DNA of 8,207 nt from positions 1 to 8,207 of the forward strand of contig NW_021828470.1 in NCBI RefSeq assembly GCF_006345805.1, written 5' to 3'. Within the stretch, counting starts at the first letter, position 1. Every line of letters starts with the position of its first letter. The notes beneath the pieces were generated by a model that did not search any database, had not been told where the DNA came from, and saw only the letters and a program-made list of their open reading frames with translations. The position numbers and the translations under genes are program-made. This document shows positions 6,782 to 8,207 of the stretch, one piece after another. The stretch comes from Octopus sinensis (Eukaryota).

Positions 6782-6889
6782 TATAATTTCACCTAAAACC
6801 TCCAAGAAGGTAAGGAGATAAGGTAAAATGAAGACAGTATGATCTTTGCCTATCTCCTTACCTTCTTGGAGGTTTTAGGTAAAATTATA
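6782..6889. repeat. Near-perfect inverted repeat (45-46 nt arms, 17-nt spacer)
   Basis: 6782-6827 pairs with 6845-6889: 8 bp, one mismatch, 30 perfect bp (6791-6820/6851-6880), a 1-nt bulge, then 6 bp including one G.T. Confidence 0.95.
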
Positions 6890-6934
6890 CTAATGTGTCC
6901 ATCTGTTTTAATTTAATTTAATTCTATGTATTTA

Positions 6935-7020
6935 TGCAGCTGAGGATTGCTCTGCAATTAAATTGATGTAATGGTTGCATTGTTCAATTAAATGGAGTTG
7001 CTTGAAACGTTCGTAATGCA
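6935..7020 (+). ncRNA. Hammerhead-like motif (candidate, imperfect)
   Basis: TGCA-G-CTGAGGA (6940-6946)...GAAA (7004-7007)-CG-tt-CG-TA-A-TGCA: intact core, stem III ACG/CGT, GUA triplet, stem I TGCA/TGCA behind a G.A mismatch. Stem II is long, irregular and poorly closed. Confidence 0.35.
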
Positions 7021-8207
7021 GTACCTCATGATATACTGTTGCGTATTTTGTTTATATATATATATATATATGAAGACACAAAAATGTTATATAGTTTACC
7101 TGCAAAAAGAGATCCGTTCCGACCGTCGGAACAAATGTTTGAGGTGAGCCACGACACGATCTTGTGACATAGGCTGCCACGACAAATATTACGGCTCCAG
7201 CTATTCCAACACCAATTGGCACCAGGACACTTATTAAATATTTCTTGTCCTGAAAAGGAAAGAAAAAAAATATGTATTAATGATTTTTCTTGGAAAGATT
7301 TCTATCAAACGATAATAGTAACAACAAAAAAAATATCACGTAGATAACGGGTGAAGAAATTCGGCCAAAGCGCTGCGCCGAAGAATCGAACCTCAAAGCT
7401 TGGTTTTGCGAAACGTACATTCATTCTTGCGTCCATCTTCATGAAGTCGATGAATATGGAGCAACGATGGTTTGGTGTAAATATACCGAAAAGTGTCGAT
7501 AGGAATAGGTTTGAGCGGAAACAGTTATTCGAAACGCAATTGTTCGAAGCAACAGATGCCCGAATAAAAAATTAACTGAATTATTATTGTAATTATTAAT
7601 ATTGGAAATACGAAATATAGACGAAAAGAAAATATGTGATATTGTTGCGTTTTATTAAAATATTTAAAAAATAACGTTACGCAATACACAATACGCATAC
7701 ATACATACGCACACATATTTGTGTGTGTGTGTGTTACGTTTATTTTTACAATCTAAAAATACTGGTTTTTAGACAGTAAACACAAATACATTCCCACTCA
7801 CGTTCACATAGGAGCTACTTTTTTCTTTTACATTTTTACGCTTGTTATATTTTAATAAAAGAAATTGCTTTAATAAAACACGACAGTTCAATCTCTGTCT
7901 TAATATTTTAATATTTTTCTACAACTATTTTAATTATGTACCATAATTCAATTAATTATTGATTCCAACTCCCTAATTTTAATGTGTCATTAAAAACGAA
8001 ATAAAATTGTTTTAGCGAGAAAAGTTACATTAGAAAATAACAACAATTTATAGAATTATTTTGAAACTGGTGGAGGTCATTTGTTTTATAAAATAAATTT
8101 TTATTTAATTTTCTTCGTTGACGTTTTCTCTCGTGATGCCACTGTGTTTCGCTGGAACCAAATTTGAAAGAAAATTTGCCTAACGCTGATTAGTTTCGTG
8201 TCGTTGC

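Noticed and set aside
7116-7132. Palindrome GTTCCGAC-C-GTCGGAAC
   Set aside because: An 8-bp arm is within chance expectation for an 8-kb window and nothing else supports it.

Overview
AT-rich, repeat-dense eukaryotic non-coding DNA (intron or intergenic). I find no intact protein-coding gene, tRNA, rRNA or CRISPR array, and most ORFs in the track are microsatellite or SINE artefacts. From memory (not a database search), the SINE and interspersed-repeat sequences resemble repeats abundant in Octopus genomes, so a coleoid cephalopod origin is likely but unverified. Main contents: (1) a Penelope-type terminal fragment with a minimal hammerhead ribozyme motif (24-58, minus); (2) a heavily frameshifted APE-type LINE reverse-transcriptase fossil missed by the ORF track (~1480-2135 and ~2745-3335, plus), split by a ~360-bp fold-back compound microsatellite; (3) a stacked cluster of minus-strand retroposons at 3350-5020, including the 3' end of an RLE-type LINE between two equal-length (AAG)20 arrays, two copies of an unexplained AAT-tailed repeat, and a dimeric tRNA-derived SINE; (4) a plus-strand tRNA-derived SINE with consensus A and B boxes; (5) a 108-nt near-perfect hairpin (6782-6889) followed by a second, weaker hammerhead-like motif (6935-7020). 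The fold-back structures and hammerhead-like motifs are the best leads. None is shown to be a new system.
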